From Podarcis pityusensis (lineage: Eukaryota): a stretch of DNA of 64,000 nt. The stretch lies in the NCBI GenBank assembly GCA_964106645.2, contig OZ067043.1; one strand, given 5' to 3'. Of the stretch, positions 22,701-36,871 are shown piece by piece (positions within the stretch are counted from its first letter, which is position 1; the number at the start of each line of letters is the position of its first letter). The notes beneath the pieces are model-generated. The model worked only from the letters and a program-made list of their open reading frames with translations. It ran no database searches and had not been told where the DNA came from. The position numbers and the translations under genes are program-made.

Positions 22701-25700
22701 ATATACTATATATTAAGCAAAACAAGGAAATAACTATTAAGAGCAACTAAGCCTGCTTCACTAGATATGGAAACACAATTTTTTATACTGTAATGCTTCT
22801 GGGTGATGGTGTATTGTTTTTTTCCCCAAGATTCTTGCCCAGCTACAAATGGCATGCAGGCAACATGCTAATATAAGGATGCTTAGAAGGTTCAGAAAGA
22901 ATTGCTTTTCACATGTCACACCACCAAACAGCTTCCTTGCAGGTTTATCCACAAAAGAGAGAAGGAAATGGCTAGCTCTCATATAGATGTTTCATAGAAG
23001 GGGGATGTCTGTTTTGTTGATTATAAGATTTACAAGAATAAGTGTTATTGACAATGTGCCACAAGCTGTAAGTGTAGTATTCTGGGTATTTTGCTTAGAA
23101 CCCTATGGGGGTGAGGCAAAGGAAGACCCTAGAGGGTAGCAAGCAATCCAATTTACAGGACAAAAAAAATGCAAAGTTTAAAGGCTGCAGACATAAGAGG
23201 TACTGAGGAGACAAGCTACAGGAAACTGGGTTTCCTGGTTTGGGAAGGTTTGTATTGTAAGGTGCAAAACCTGAAACTGAATGAATATTCAGAAATGGAG
23301 GTAGAATGAGACAGTTGGGTGGGGATGGGAAAGAGGAGAAAGGGACATGGATTCACTGAAATTACAAGCATTCATAACTACTTCATGGAAGAGTGTCTGG
23401 AAAATGTGTGGGCTTGCTAGTTTAGTTTCTTTTGTTTAGTCGGCAGAAAAACGGCACATACTGAAGGGCTGCATTGTCACATTTCCCCTCCCCCCCACCG
23501 GAAATTAATATTGCGGTCCCTGGGGCTTCACCCAGGCTGTCTAGGTTTAGGAGCTAACCTGTTCCAGAATCACATGCAAGCCCTGGAGAACACAAGTGCT
23601 GCACAGCTGATGGCTTATCTCAACTGTTGGACCATCTTCAAATGCAGGCGATCGGCCAGGGTCTACGTTTGCATGTGGGGCGAATAAAAGCATCTGAATC
23701 TCAGCATCTCCTCCTTTGGCAGAGCGCAATTAATTTGCCAGATGGCCTCTAATGGTTATTTACAGCCCGGGCCTCTCTCCGACAACCGTAGCATCAGTTT
23801 CTTTTCCCTATTGCTCATTTACTGGAGGATGAGTCTCTTACAAATCCCCTGTGGCTTTTGTGGACACTTGGGAATGCATTTCCACCACATATGCACAAGC
23901 AAAAGTGGCCTGTAGGACTACTACATTCAAAAAGTACAAATATGTATAAGGGAGATGCACATGTGTTCAGCCGCTTCAGAGGAGATTCTATGCTTCCCAG
24001 CTGTCCTGGGATGGGGATGCAAATGATCAATGTAAAAACAAAAAACAACCACTGGAAATCTGCATTTTACAGTGGTTGAGCCTTTCGCTCCATACAAACG
24101 TGGGTCAGCATAACAAACTGAATTAAGGAAAGAGCGTAACAATAAGTGCTCCACCATTTTATTCCTAACACATGGAGCCTCTTAAACCATAGGTGCCTGT
24201 CCTGAGATAGACATGGGAATATTTTGACCAGGGCCAACAAAGTCTAGGGATTAATATTTTCTCTCGCTGCTGGTGGTCCTGGTAATTGCACAGATGTAGC
24301 AGACTGTAAATTGGAGACTTCAGCCCCCCACCAGCACAACAGTGTGTAGCCATGACCCGTCCTGCTTTAGCTGAAATCAGGGCCGGACCTTTAATGAGAA
24401 GCTGAAGTAGGATAAACTTGTTCTTTTGGCAACGCTGTCCCTGATTAAAAAAAAGGAAAAAAAGAAAGCTCAAGCAACTAATTCAGCACAGATGTGCAAA
24501 AGCTGAAACTTCATCCTGAATAAACAAGTCTTAAAGATATTAAGCTCCTCTTCTGACTTGTGTCTCCAGCAAGTAGTATGCATGTGGTGTGAACTGCTGG
24601 AAATGCTTAAAGGGGAGCAAAGCTGGTAAGGGACAGAGTGCAAAATGGCCCAGTATTTGGAAAGAATGGCTGCAAATCCGTTTTCATCAAATCCTTGAAA
24701 GGTCTCTGTGCAATTAGTTTCTATTATTCAGTCACCCTTGCAAGCTCTCCTGACCACTGCCAACCATGCTTCATTTTCAAGTTACTGTGAAATTCCCCCC
24801 CCCCCCAAAGCATCTAATAGGATGGGGAGATTTAAATAAATTAAACACACTTCTCTCTGTTTTGTTTGCACTGGTTTTGACCCTACTAAGTGCAACCGTG
24901 TCTCTTTTTGCTTTAAACAAAACTTTTAAGATGCTATCCAAGTGCATGCAAAGAGAGACATGAGGAAGTCGGATAACTTTCACTTTAACGAGGTCACTGG
25001 TTCAAATTTACGGTGGACTGGTGGTGCCTTTTCCTCTGCTAAGGTGAAATTCACCTCTTTAGAGAACAGAAAAGGCTCTGTATAATTGAGGAGATACATG
25101 TTTACGTAGAAACAAGTCCTACTATGTAGAACAGGATACATTCCCATGTAAGAATGCATAGGATTTGTGTTCTTAAGTAGCAAAAGGTCACGTGTCTCCT
25201 TTGTACAAGATGAACTTTTCTTACAGGAGACGGTCGGGTATAGATGCCAATAGGGGACCAGGCATTGCTTATTTACTGAGACGTGCAGAGAGAAGGGCCA
25301 TCAGTCACAAATGTGAGACTTTACTAGATGGCCAGTAAGTAGAAGTTTGCATAGAAGTTTGCAGCCATGACTTGTGGATAACATGAGGTCCTGAAAGGTC
25401 AAACCAAGCCATATTTTCTAAAGTAAAAGAAATACAATGTGGGGTAAGATTTGGGAATATTTAGGGGAGGTCTGGAAAGCACAATCCCCTAAGGCAATTA
25501 GTATCTCAAGGGTCTTGTGCATTCATATCCTCCCATGTACTGATGGAGACAAAGGTCACAGCCTCTGGTATTTACTTAACAAGAACTTTGTGGGCCTTGC
25601 AAGCCCCATAAAACATGACCTAGACCTTTTGCTCTAGATGAGGGAGTCTATTGATGACACTATATAAAATAAAGGGTTAGCAGTGTGAAAATGATTGTCT

Positions 25701-26006
25701 TGCTTATTGTCCCCCAATGCCCTTATGCCAGCTAGGGAGTGTTTGGAAAGCAAATACATCAAATTTAAAGGGGATAATTAGTACTCTGTGAATTTAGGGT
25801 GAATTCCAGTGGTGCTACAATAATCCTGGCATCTAAGTCAAGCCTTCTGGGTGGTGGTGGGAAATATATGTACTGTATGTGCAGAATGAGAGTTAAAATC
25901 TCACCACTGGTCACCACTTGGTGGAAAATTGTTTTCCTAGATGGTATGGTATATATGTATTTAAACAGCTTTATAAACTGAAAATTGTTGGTGTTATGTA
26001 ATAGAA

Positions 26007-26140
26007 CAGGAATGAGGATGTTGTGCCCCTCCAGATGTTGCTGGACTACAACTCCCATCATCCCTGACCGATCCTGATTAGTGCTGATGGAAGTTGGAGT
26101 CCAAAAACAGGTGGGGGGGGACAGAAGTTCCCCACTTCTG
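26007..26140. mobile_element. Degenerate palindromic hAT MITE (GGACTACAACTCCCATCA family)
   Basis: Shares the core of 13423-13558. Further decayed copies at about 15690-15803, 28790-28880, 34735-34875, 37805-37912, 45810-45928, 50140-50272, 56745-56808 and 62875-62955. Confidence 0.7.
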
Positions 26141-29100
26141 ATAGAGAGAAAGTGAACGTTTACTTTATGCGTGGTGTTTTCTTGTTGTTTCTAGGTCTGC
26201 ATGTATGCCTGCATGATGTAGCAGTTGGTGTGTGGCAATTTTACATGTATATTTATTGATATAATACTAAAAACACGACAAATTTTCCCTATCTTCTCCC
26301 ATCATAAATAAAAAATAAAAATTCTAAATCCATTTCTTTGCATGCTTGATAAGATTGGCAATCCTCCACAATAAAAGTGCTGTATTGTTTTCTATTTTCC
26401 ATACCCAGTTGCTTTTGTTGGGAAAGCTGCAAATATGGCAGAGAATCAGCTATTTTACGTCAGAGTGGCCGGGGTTTTCTTTCTCTCTCCCCCACCCCCA
26501 GTTTTTAATTAGCCTGCCATTTTGTGTTAGAAAGTTGACGGATTATATAGTCAGCTGATTATGTTTCCAGCCACATTTTCAGCACTAATAATACACACCA
26601 CTGGCTTGCTCCTGATCAGAAGCAGATTCTGCAAGGAGCCCAAATGACGGTATGTTAGGCAATAACATGGAAATGAAAAGCTTTTTCACTTTCATTTATG
26701 GCCTTTCTATAATGGGAAAGTTCCCCTGCAGGATAAAATTCCTTCTTGTTTATAGGTTTATTCATTTTCTCTTTGAATGCAAAAATAACTGGTTATTGGG
26801 GCTATTTAGTTGATAGAGCACTTAGGTGGAACAGACTTTGTTGACAAATAATGGCAGGAGGAAGTTTTAATAGCCATGAAGCAAAGAAACCTAGAATGGG
26901 TGTGGGGGTTGCGGAGTTACATAAAGGTTGGGCAGACCTAACACAATGGTTGGCCAACCCAAGCACACAAAACTCTTGGACGCTACAAACAAGGGTTTTG
27001 CTATAGATTGCCCTCTGTCATTGTGTTTCATTTTGTTTTTATTTTATTTTACATCACTTGAAGCAGCAGTAACTTGGCTTGTAGACAGGGAGAAATGAGT
27101 GGGGCTAGGCTAAAAGTCACAATCAAAAGTATATGCGATCTGCATGTTAAAATTATGTGACTGATGAAATTACTTTTCTTAACACGCCGGGCCTTACGTA
27201 TGGTCTTAGCCTGCTATACAACTTAGCATTTTGAAGAATGTCCTCAAAGTCCTGAAGGACAGAACCTACAACTGGCAGGAGTAGGCCATGTTCAAACAAG
27301 AGAAGTTGTCAACTGAAATACTTGCTGGCATTTATTATTATTCCCACTCTTCATTTGGGAAGCTCAAGAATGGTCTCCTCTCTAGATGCTAACAAATCTG
27401 AGACCTGTTTAAAATAATTATTCTGCAAATAACAATAATTCTATAAGATTGTTATAATAATTTCCGGCATAAAAAGGAAATCCCAATCATGAGATAGTGT
27501 GCAGGAGGAACATGTGCCAGCCTTCCCTTCCCCAACATCCTTGCATGTGCCAGTCCCCTGCCCCCATTCTACCCCTGAGGTTCCTGCTTTCAGCAATAAG
27601 GTCTGAGTTGCATCCTTCAGGGCTCCCAGTCACATTCAGCTGAACAAGTTTTCAATTCCATTTCTTACCTCACCCCTCAACACAGAAAGGTCACCAATGC
27701 AGGTGTTGTGGGGCAGGAACACTCTTACATTCCCTGAGCCAACTGTAATTTAGACCTTCATGGAAACTATGTGTAAACTCTTGGTTTACTTAGAAGTACA
27801 ACCCATCTTCCCTTTGCCTAATTTCAAATGTAGTACCAAACCATGGTTTAGTGCAAGAATAAACCTCAGATTTAAGCTGCTCCCTCTCTTCCTCTTCCCT
27901 CGTTACTTCCTGTTTTCAACAAACCATAACATCCCCAATACAACCATATCGTAGCTTCAACTTGCCATACAAACCAGGGTTTATTCCTAGTTTGTAGAGA
28001 AAATACAAACGAGAGTTTGTCAGGCTGGAGGTAACAACAAACCACAGTTTTCAGCCCAACACACAAACATAAGGTTCCTCTAGATCTGTTTTCTTAGCAC
28101 CAAATCATAGTTTGGCATCATATTTGAACTGAACTACTCAGTTCGTAAAGTGGTCATCAATGCAATCATATGAGCAACCTCCATTCATAAGCCTGGGCTG
28201 AGAATATGCCTCCATTTACTGACAAAGAAATAACCAGCTGCCCCCTCTCCATGAAGCAGCATCTTTTTCAATAATGAGAAAATGTTTCAGAGATCCAAAA
28301 GAAAAGAACATGCAAACAGAATTATCTATCTTAATGCAAAGGATACTGGGAACACAGACATTGCCCCTTCCCTTCGGCCTCCCAAGTTTCAAATTTCCTT
28401 TCAAAATCTGCCTCCTTAGTAGATATCAGAACCTAATACTGTCTGCAAAACATTTCCAGGCAGTCAGTGGCTGGCTGCAAAGCAGAACATACTTCACAAC
28501 CCAACATGAAATACGGGATATGTAAATACCACAAAGCGTACCAGAATGCAGACAATGTACACCAAATCCTTCAAGACGCTAAATTTTTGCCGAACAAGCA
28601 CGTAGTTGCTGAGCTGGAAAATGTCTCCTACATTGGTTGTTCAATGAAATTTATGGGATTTGGCTTACTTGTATGGTTTTGGAAGGAACGTTTTGTCCCC
28701 AATTCGGAGTTTGTTCCTAGCGTACTTCTGGATTAGATAACTAATCATGCTCTTCATACAGTAGAGACTGCCTAACAACTGTTGTGTTCTCCAGATGTTG
28801 CACGCCACAACTCTGGCCGTCCCTGACCATTGGTGCTGCTGTCTGGCGCTGAAGGGAGCTGTAGTTCACAACATCTGTGCTGAAGAGCCCTCTTCAGATA
28901 TTATGGCCCACACAGTTAATTTTAGGGACTGGGAGAGAAGGTTAGGCCCCAGTGGCCTCATCCCTGCATTTCTAACTGCCTGGTGCAGCCTTGTTGCCAT
29001 TCACACTGCCTGAACTATGGCACCTGGTGTATATGAATAGGCTCTTCACACAATTTACCATCCTGATCATTCAGGCATTCTAAATTACGCACAGGGCCTA

Positions 29101-29190
29101 CGCATATAAGCAGGCTGCCGGCTTCAAACTTTCAGAGCAATGCATAGGCAGCAGCAAGGCCAAACCACCAGGGTCATGGCCAAGGCAGTA

Positions 29191-29536
29191 CAGTGGTGCC
29201 TCGCAAGACGAAATTAATCCGTTCCGCGAGTCTCTTCGTCTAGCGGTTTTTTCGTCTTGCGAAGCAACCCTATTAGCGGCTTAGCGGATTAGCGCTATTA
29301 GCGGTTTAGCGGCTATTAAAGGCTTAGCGGCTTAGCTGCTAAAAGGCTATTAGCGGCTTAGCGGCTTAGAAAAAGGGGGGGGAGCGAAAAAAAATCTCAA
29401 GATTCACAAGACATTTTCGTCTTGCGAAGCAAGCCCATAGGGAAATTCGTCCTGCGAAGCGCATCGAAAAACGGAAAACCCTTTCATCTAGCGGGTTTTC
29501 CGTCTTGCGAGGCATTCGTCTTGCGGGGCACCACTG
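29191..29536. mobile_element. Tc1/mariner superfamily (Tigger/pogo-like) MITE with an internal (TTAGCGGC)-type minisatellite
   Basis: TIR CAGTGGTGCCTCGCAAGACGAA / TTCGTCTTGCGGGGCACCACTG; TA duplication on both sides. Confidence 0.92.
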
Positions 29537-29944
29537 TAGTGGGAGCAAACACAGCCTCCCCACTCACACCATGATAAGCATGTGATGGGTGCAGTGTTAG
29601 AAACTCAGATATATAAGCTAATTGCCAAATGGCACCTTAAATCTGGGTTATGGTCGCCACAATGGTATGTCTAGGCGCCATTCTCCCCCCAGCAATGGTG
29701 TTTGTTACTATTCTTGTGGTTCTTATTATTATCTCATTTCTACACCACTTTACATTTTAAAGAATAAATCTCCAAGCGGTTTACAACACATTGAAACATA
29801 AAAAACAAACAAACAAACCAATCCAGTATAAAACAAATTCAAGCTTCCAGGAAAATATTTCATACCCTTCTTTAAGTGACATTTTGCTTTCCCTGTATTT
29901 ATTTACATAATTGATAGAGCTGCCCCATAGCAGAAGGACTCTAG

Positions 29945-30127
29945 GAAGCCAATGTGGTGGGGTGGTTAGAGTGCTGGACTAGGACCTGGGTTCAAATACC
30001 CCACTCAGTCATGACCTTGGAGTGACCTTGGAGTCAGTCACAGCCTCTTAACCTACCTCACAGGGCTGTTGTACAGATTAACTGAGGAGGAGTTGTACCC
30101 TGTAGGCTGGGATATAAATACAATAAA
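29945..30127 (+). mobile_element. Old tRNA-derived CORE/MIR-like SINE
   Basis: A box (gtggttagagtgctggactagg), B box (gggttcaaatacc), CORE-like gtgaccttgg…cctacctcacagggctgttgt and an A-rich tail. Confidence 0.7.
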
Positions 30128-30777
30128 GGAGCTCTTCTGCTTACCTGCTTAAGAAAGCTGGAGGGCCCAGCCAAATGAAGATGTCAGTCGCCAAACTAGC
30201 ATCCAGAGATCTCCATGTGCTTGCAATTGGACTTGTGCCAGTCACAAAATGCACCTGGCACCTGGCTAATTTCTATCACTGGATATCATAGCTTCTTGAA
30301 TCAACTCATATACAGATTAATTTGGTCTGCAGTGTGAGTTGAGTGGTGGCTATACTGAAAGCTATTTTGTCAAAGCCAGTGAATCCACAAGCCCCTCCCT
30401 TCAAAAGTTTATCCTTGTCAATGCTGTATTATCAGCAGCGCACATGACCCTGATGGGGTAACAAACAAAAGGCAGGTCCCCGCTGCAGTGGGTTTAGGGA
30501 ACTATTCCATAATAAGTTGTTTGAAGTTTTCAGTTTAAGAGCTGCCACTCAAGGTACGATCTGGTTTGGGTTAATTCCATAAAGACATCAACAGTTTTTC
30601 AGTAACAAAGTATTTAGAACCACTAATGTTGACTAACCAACATCCTAACTTTTATTTATGAAAAATCAATAAAACAAAAACAGAACAGAAAAAAATAGGC
30701 ATGTTGTTTGGTACTGGGTGTTTATTTTTATAGTACAGGGAGCTGAAATAAAACTGCAGTTGTTTTGTCCTACTTAC

Positions 30778-30935
30778 AGCAAGTATGGCTATAAGAATGC
30801 CTGCAGCACAAAGGACAGCATCGTTGATGGTCTCTCCACTTTTCAGAGGGTAGCGAATGCTTTCATCATTACAGTAAAATCCCCGCTTATAGGGTGGGAT
30901 TGTGCTTGTTTCGATTATCAGAAATGGCAGGCCAG
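30778..30935 (-). CDS. PLPP3: Phospholipid phosphatase 3, coding exon 2 (158 bp): (A)[52 protein letters not shown]
   Basis: Manual translation of the reverse complement matches the vertebrate LPP3 N-terminal region. Acceptor ttctccctctag and donor gtaagta; phase 1 in, phase 0 out. Not reported in the ORF track. Confidence 0.97.
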
Positions 30936-33900
30936 CTAGAGGGAGAAAAGGAAGGGGAACAAAAGAAAAAGAGTGTGGTCAGAAACACAAGTAAGAATTA
31001 AACAAGGACCTTAGTAGTCATGATTATGGCACACTGGGAAATACTATTTATTGGGACTTGCACTGGGAAATCCCGTACAGATACTAGGGGTGGGGGGTTT
31101 GCATAAACTTATTCAACACTGAACTATACTTTAGCCACCTCCCCTCCCCCAAAAGAAAAAGACTTATGCATTTAAAATCAGTCAAATTCACAAGATTCTC
31201 TGATTCAGCTTGTTTAAAATGTCACAACCCTAAATATCCCAAAGCAGATGGAGCTCAGAGGCAAAGCACAATAATAGGAACATAGAATGAAACCAACTGT
31301 GCTCTTTGGTTCAATTACTTGTAACAAATTTCAAAGCCACATCATTATTTTTAAAAAAGCTAAATTTCAATCACTGAAAATATTTTCATCCTGGAAGAAA
31401 ACCGAAGGTAATTAAGGATTTGATATTATTTCTAGCTGCCTAATACTATATATGTTTCCATATAGCTATTAATTGTGGTCTTGGTGCTTGTCATGCATGT
31501 ATGTTTTGCACAGTGTCCTCTTAACATTGTCCTCATCAAAATGATGCCCCATATTTTTTCCCCATTTACTATTAATGTAGAAAAGTAATTTTTTTTAAAA
31601 AAAAACACCTGTTGAAACACTAAATGCAAATTAAATGGGAGGGGGGACATAGGGGTGGCATTTTGATTTTCTAAAGGTGTCATGAGAACACTACACAAAG
31701 CAGCACTGAGTCCACAATGAATTGGCATGTGGAACGACCCTATGCAAAAAGTCAAATTTTAAAATATAACTTTACGTTTTCCTTTTTGCTGAACTGCAGC
31801 ATACATAGTTAGTGAGATCATCTTCTACTACTGGCACCTTCATAAAGGGAACTGATGCACTGCTGCCTTCACAAGCCTAGTCAAATGCTTGACTCATTGT
31901 ACACAGAAGTGTGTGTTTTGCAACACATTCATAAAATAGTGAATAAATGTGTCAAGAGGCATCAAGAAACCTCTGATTTTGCAACTCAGAATTCAGCATA
32001 TTTGTACAGATCCAGGCCATCCTCATTCCACTACCTAAAACCTGTTGGAGCAGAGTCAATTTGGATACAGAATCTGTTTTCTGAGCCAACAATATATGAT
32101 ATGAATAGCCTTTTTAGAAAAAAGAAAAGAACAAAAAAATAAAAATCCTTTGCATCCCAATAAAAAATTGCTGCCAAAAAGCTAACACTGCATGATGAGA
32201 TCTGGTTTCACATCCACTAGAAGCAACAGTTTAATAGTCAAACTTTGGGGATTAACCATACCATGGTTACGTGACTTATTGTTATTGCTCCAGTTCCTCT
32301 TTTTAATTGTTTTCATATGACAAGTCTGTAAAACACATGTTCCCTCAAACAATAAAACATATCTGAGAGCTAAATCGGGCTTTTTTAAAAAAGAAAAAGA
32401 AAGAAATAGGGGACACGGGTTAAGGGGGAGGAAAGACAATAGTGTTCCTATAAATTATGTGAACTCTGGAATAATAAAGATTTGTTTCCCCCTTCATTCA
32501 CCGAACAGCATGGGAGTAGTATTTCCACATTTCAATTATTTTCAGGACTGCCACCACCATAATACGAGCAAGACTTGACCAAGATTGTATATATTTTCTT
32601 TAAAAGCATACAGACATGGTTTTGAAAATGTGAGGGTTTTGTTTTTTTCTCCTGCAAACTTGTGGTTTAGTGGGATATTGCCAATTGAGTCTTGACATTT
32701 TTCCAGCACAACAGTAACCTCAGATTCCCTATTTTCATATGAGAAACATAAACATACCCTCAGGAGCCGAACGGATATTGCTCACAAAACCCGCGGCATG
32801 CCTAGACTCTGAGGACTGGGCTGGAGGCCATGCTTCATCAAGGTCACTGTCCAGGCCAGGGCACACATTGCCGTCAAAATGAGCACTGTGGTGTCAGAGC
32901 CCTTGCTAAGGTAGCCTTGTTTCCAAGGAAGATCTCTTGGAGCACAGATTGTTTTGAGGAATTGTGTCACCACCCACAACTTCTGGCACAAACCCCATCT
33001 TCTGGAAACGGTTGGCGCTGAGGTTCCAGCATGGGCTGGTGCCAATGGCCACCCTGAAAAGGGGTTTACAAAAGATACTAGTAGAAATCTTAAAGGGGGG
33101 GTGGAATGCCACAGATGAAAATCAAGGATGGAGAGGAGGGGAGGAAAGGAACAACAAAATGGAAATAGCTCTAGCTGCGCGACTGTTTACAGGAAAGGCT
33201 CCAGGCCTTAATTTCATTTACACCAAAATGGTAAATATGAAGTGTAAGATCAGTCTGTGGCCGTTCAACATCTCATACTATAACCCACCTCAATCAGTTT
33301 CCCAGGCCAGCAACAACCTACTATGGCCGTACAGCGAGACATCAGGTTCTAGTCAGGCAAAAATCATTCACTCAGACTCCCTGCCAACACTGCTGAAACC
33401 AAACTTCAACAAGACTTGACAGTGTTTCAGTATAAATGATGGTGTCAGTTTTTGACAGGAAAAAACAAAACAAAGTTCCAACAAAATTGGAAAAGATGGA
33501 TTTCCCGGGCATTCTAGTTCCCCGCTGGATTTGGTGGTTGAAATATCAGTCTCTGGGCTAAAGTTTAGTAATCTGAGTTTGGGAGAAATGTGACCCTGGA
33601 TTTTTCAGCTGTAGCCATTTCAGAAGCTTATCTCTGAGACTTAATCTCTTTAGGTCGGTTCTGGGCATTATTCTCCACACATTTGTACTTGTTTGGTGAG
33701 ATTCAAATGTTGGGGTGCATAACCAGTGTGAGGTGCCTGCCTGCTTTATACCTGAAAGACCCCCTTGTGATTTACAGCCCTGCAGGATCCTCACAGACAA
33801 GCTCAGCTAACATGTGGGTGGTGGGCATGGGATGAGCAGACATGCCACACCTCTCTTCTAACAACTGTGGAGAGCTTTTAGGATCCTATATTCCCAGCCT

Positions 33901-36744
33901 TTCTCCTCCATGAAAGATACAGATAAGAAGAGATGCTTGCTTAGTTTCCCAGTGTATCCCTTTGCCTCTGTAACGGTACAAGGAACCTGGGATAACTCTG
34001 GACCTTTTACATGCAAAAGTCAAATCAGCAGCCCCATGGACCAGACCAGAGTCCCCCTGTCCGGTATCTTGCTTGCCACAGTGGCCAACCAGAAGAAGTT
34101 CAGGACATCCTCTGGGTATTCAGTGGATAAATGCCTTGGGACAAAAAGCTCCCATATAGCCACAATTGATAAACCCATGATTTCATTCACTCCTGTAACT
34201 CCAATTCCAGTTTGGCCTCTTTCTGTGTTTCTAAAGTGTCTGCTCAAGTCCTTACTAAAGCATGCCGTTGGAGAGCCAGATTCTGCAGCATCTTGAATAA
34301 GGGTTGTAGGAAGGCTTTCCTGTTATAGTAAGGCAGTGTGAAAGGAAGTGGTACCTGCTGCATTTGGCTGTTTTTAACTATCTGACTCTTCTTTAGTACT
34401 TGAATGACGTGTCCAGATTTGCTTTAATCTGTAACTTTAGAATTACATTTGCAATCAAGAGCAGGTACAAAATGCTTTAAATAAGTAAACAAACGATAGA
34501 AATGGCTTTTCACTTCAGTGCCAGGTCAAAACTGATTTGCCCAGATGTTTTAAACTCCAAAGCCTGAAAACTGAGGAGCATCCTGCCTGTTCCTCTTGCT
34601 TTTTAAAAACTCACTCACATCTATATATATATATACTCTCTCGTGTGTGTGTGTGTGTGTGTGTGTGTATGACAATGATGCTGTTTTATCCTTAATTGTA
34701 TTATATGGGAGTTGAGTGTTTTATTTCTCTTTATCTGGATGAAGGGCAGTCTGAAGCAGTCTTCACCAACCTGATGTCCTCCAGACGTGCTCCACACACT
34801 CTTGCCAGCTCTAGCAAGCACAGATATGCTGTCCAAAATAGCTGCAGTCCAAAATATCTGGAAATCGCTGGTTTAGAAGCATTTCCAATGAATCAATTAA
34901 TAAGTAGCTGGACTACACAGGTTGTGGGCACTAAGGAGTTCAGCTAGGCCCTGTAGGAGCTGCTTTTGCTGCAGCATACACTGGAGGAGGAAGGGAAGGA
35001 AAAGGAAAAGGATGCCGCTTTTCTTTGGAGGAATTCAAAATGACTTTCTGACTCCTCGCGGCTGGTGTCCTATGCAAAGCTGCTTCAGTGGAGAGCTGAC
35101 ATTGCATTCTGCTTTACATTTTAATAAGGGATACTACAGCTGGGCTGGAACTTGGCAGGCTTTGAACGTTAAATGTAAAAGAAGCAACATTGTTTTATTA
35201 ACATCTTCCTCAACAATCAATTAATTTTTCTTTACCTCCTAGGAAACCTAACAACCTCAGAGACACAGGAGGTGATTTAAAAGGGGGGGGGGGCATTGAC
35301 TGAGCAGCTTGCAATTGATAGAAAATCAAAGGCCTCTTGTGCTGAATTCAATGCTTTGAAACATTGAACCTTTGAAAACCTAAGAGTTGGGCAGATTTGG
35401 GGAGCGTGGAAGATATAAGACAGTATAAGCTTTCATTGGCCACCCATTGATAAAGTCATGTGGGATATGTTACTGTGGTGACCCAAACAGGCAGCTCTGA
35501 TCTTCCCAGCTGAAGTTTCACCTTTGCACTAAATTAAACACAGTTGCCTCTCCCACTTTCAAGTTTCTTCTTTTTGTTTTGGAATGGAGCATTGAAGAAC
35601 CAGCCTCTTCAGCCCCTTGTAGACATATTAAGTGAGAAAGAAATACAGCCCAGCAAAACCACCTCAGCTAATTTTCAGTAACTGCTACCACTCTGTTGTG
35701 TGGTCTCTAAGCTTTGTTAACTAAAGGAGCAATCTTTATGCCATTTCTGGGGAAAGCAGGGCTTGTATCCTAAAGGGGCCCATTTGGTGGAGAGGGGTCC
35801 AATATTTACACACCCTCTGAGTGACCCCAGGGCAGAGTTGGGGTAGATGTGCCCAGCATATAATTCATACATTGCTTTGTTTTACAAATGGAAGACAATG
35901 AGTTAAACAGAAGAAAGAGTATTCCACTGAGGAAAAAATACTTTTGCATTATCTCTGTTTTTACCATGAGGCAACTGACTGTACAGAAGGGCAGATGTGA
36001 GTACAACTCATCATTTAAAGCAAGCATTGAGTGCTCTGCAACCAGTATGCAACGTTGGTGGTTAAAATCACACAGAGTTCTTGCTTGTGCAAACATACCC
36101 AAGGTAATGCTCTCAATTTGGGTTGAGAAACAAAGGGAACAAACCTCTGAAACCATTCTGCACTGTGCTCAACTTTGCATATAGACAAGATTGGAATCAA
36201 ACAGAAATTCTTGGGGGGGGGGGGGTTGTGTGTACATGTTTAGTAAAACAAGGAACAATTTTGTCACACCTTGGTATAAAATCATAGAACTGTAGAGATG
36301 GAAGGGACCAAAATACTGTAAATCGTGAGGTCAAAGGGAAAGGAAATTCAGAGAAGTACAGATGGAAATAAGTACCCTATTAACAGTGGCCACTAATAAA
36401 AGAAGAGACAACTTGGCACTGGGAACTCCTTGACTGACCTTATGGTGTCTATCTGTGAACAAAGGAACTTCAAAGGGAAGCTGGCAATGTAAAACCATTG
36501 AATTACAATGCATCAAGAGATTCAGTGCTATCCATTGTGGACTAAATTGACACAATGGATTTTTATCACACTATATGTGGCTACTGGCTTACCAAAGCCA
36601 GTATGTCTATGTGTTGTCAACTACTGTATTTTGTGAACCATCACTATTAATAAAGGTGATTATCACCATGCAATTTTCCTGCAACTCAGCAGCACTTCAT
36701 GCTAGATTCTAACCAGTGCTCAGTATGTACTGACCATTCACCCT

Positions 36745-36871
36745 AGAGTTGAGCTAGAACTCAACGGAACTCGGTTCTGGCACCTCTCAGGTGGGCACCT
36801 GCCATTCTAAGAGAACGAGGGAGGCATTCATAGTGAGTTCCGGTACCTCTTTTTATAGAAAAATAGCACTG
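36745..36871. mobile_element. hAT MITE, inverted copy of the 12030-12165 family
   Basis: Shares ggcacctctcaggtgggcacc…gagttcc…tagaaaaatagcactg in reverse orientation. Confidence 0.75.
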
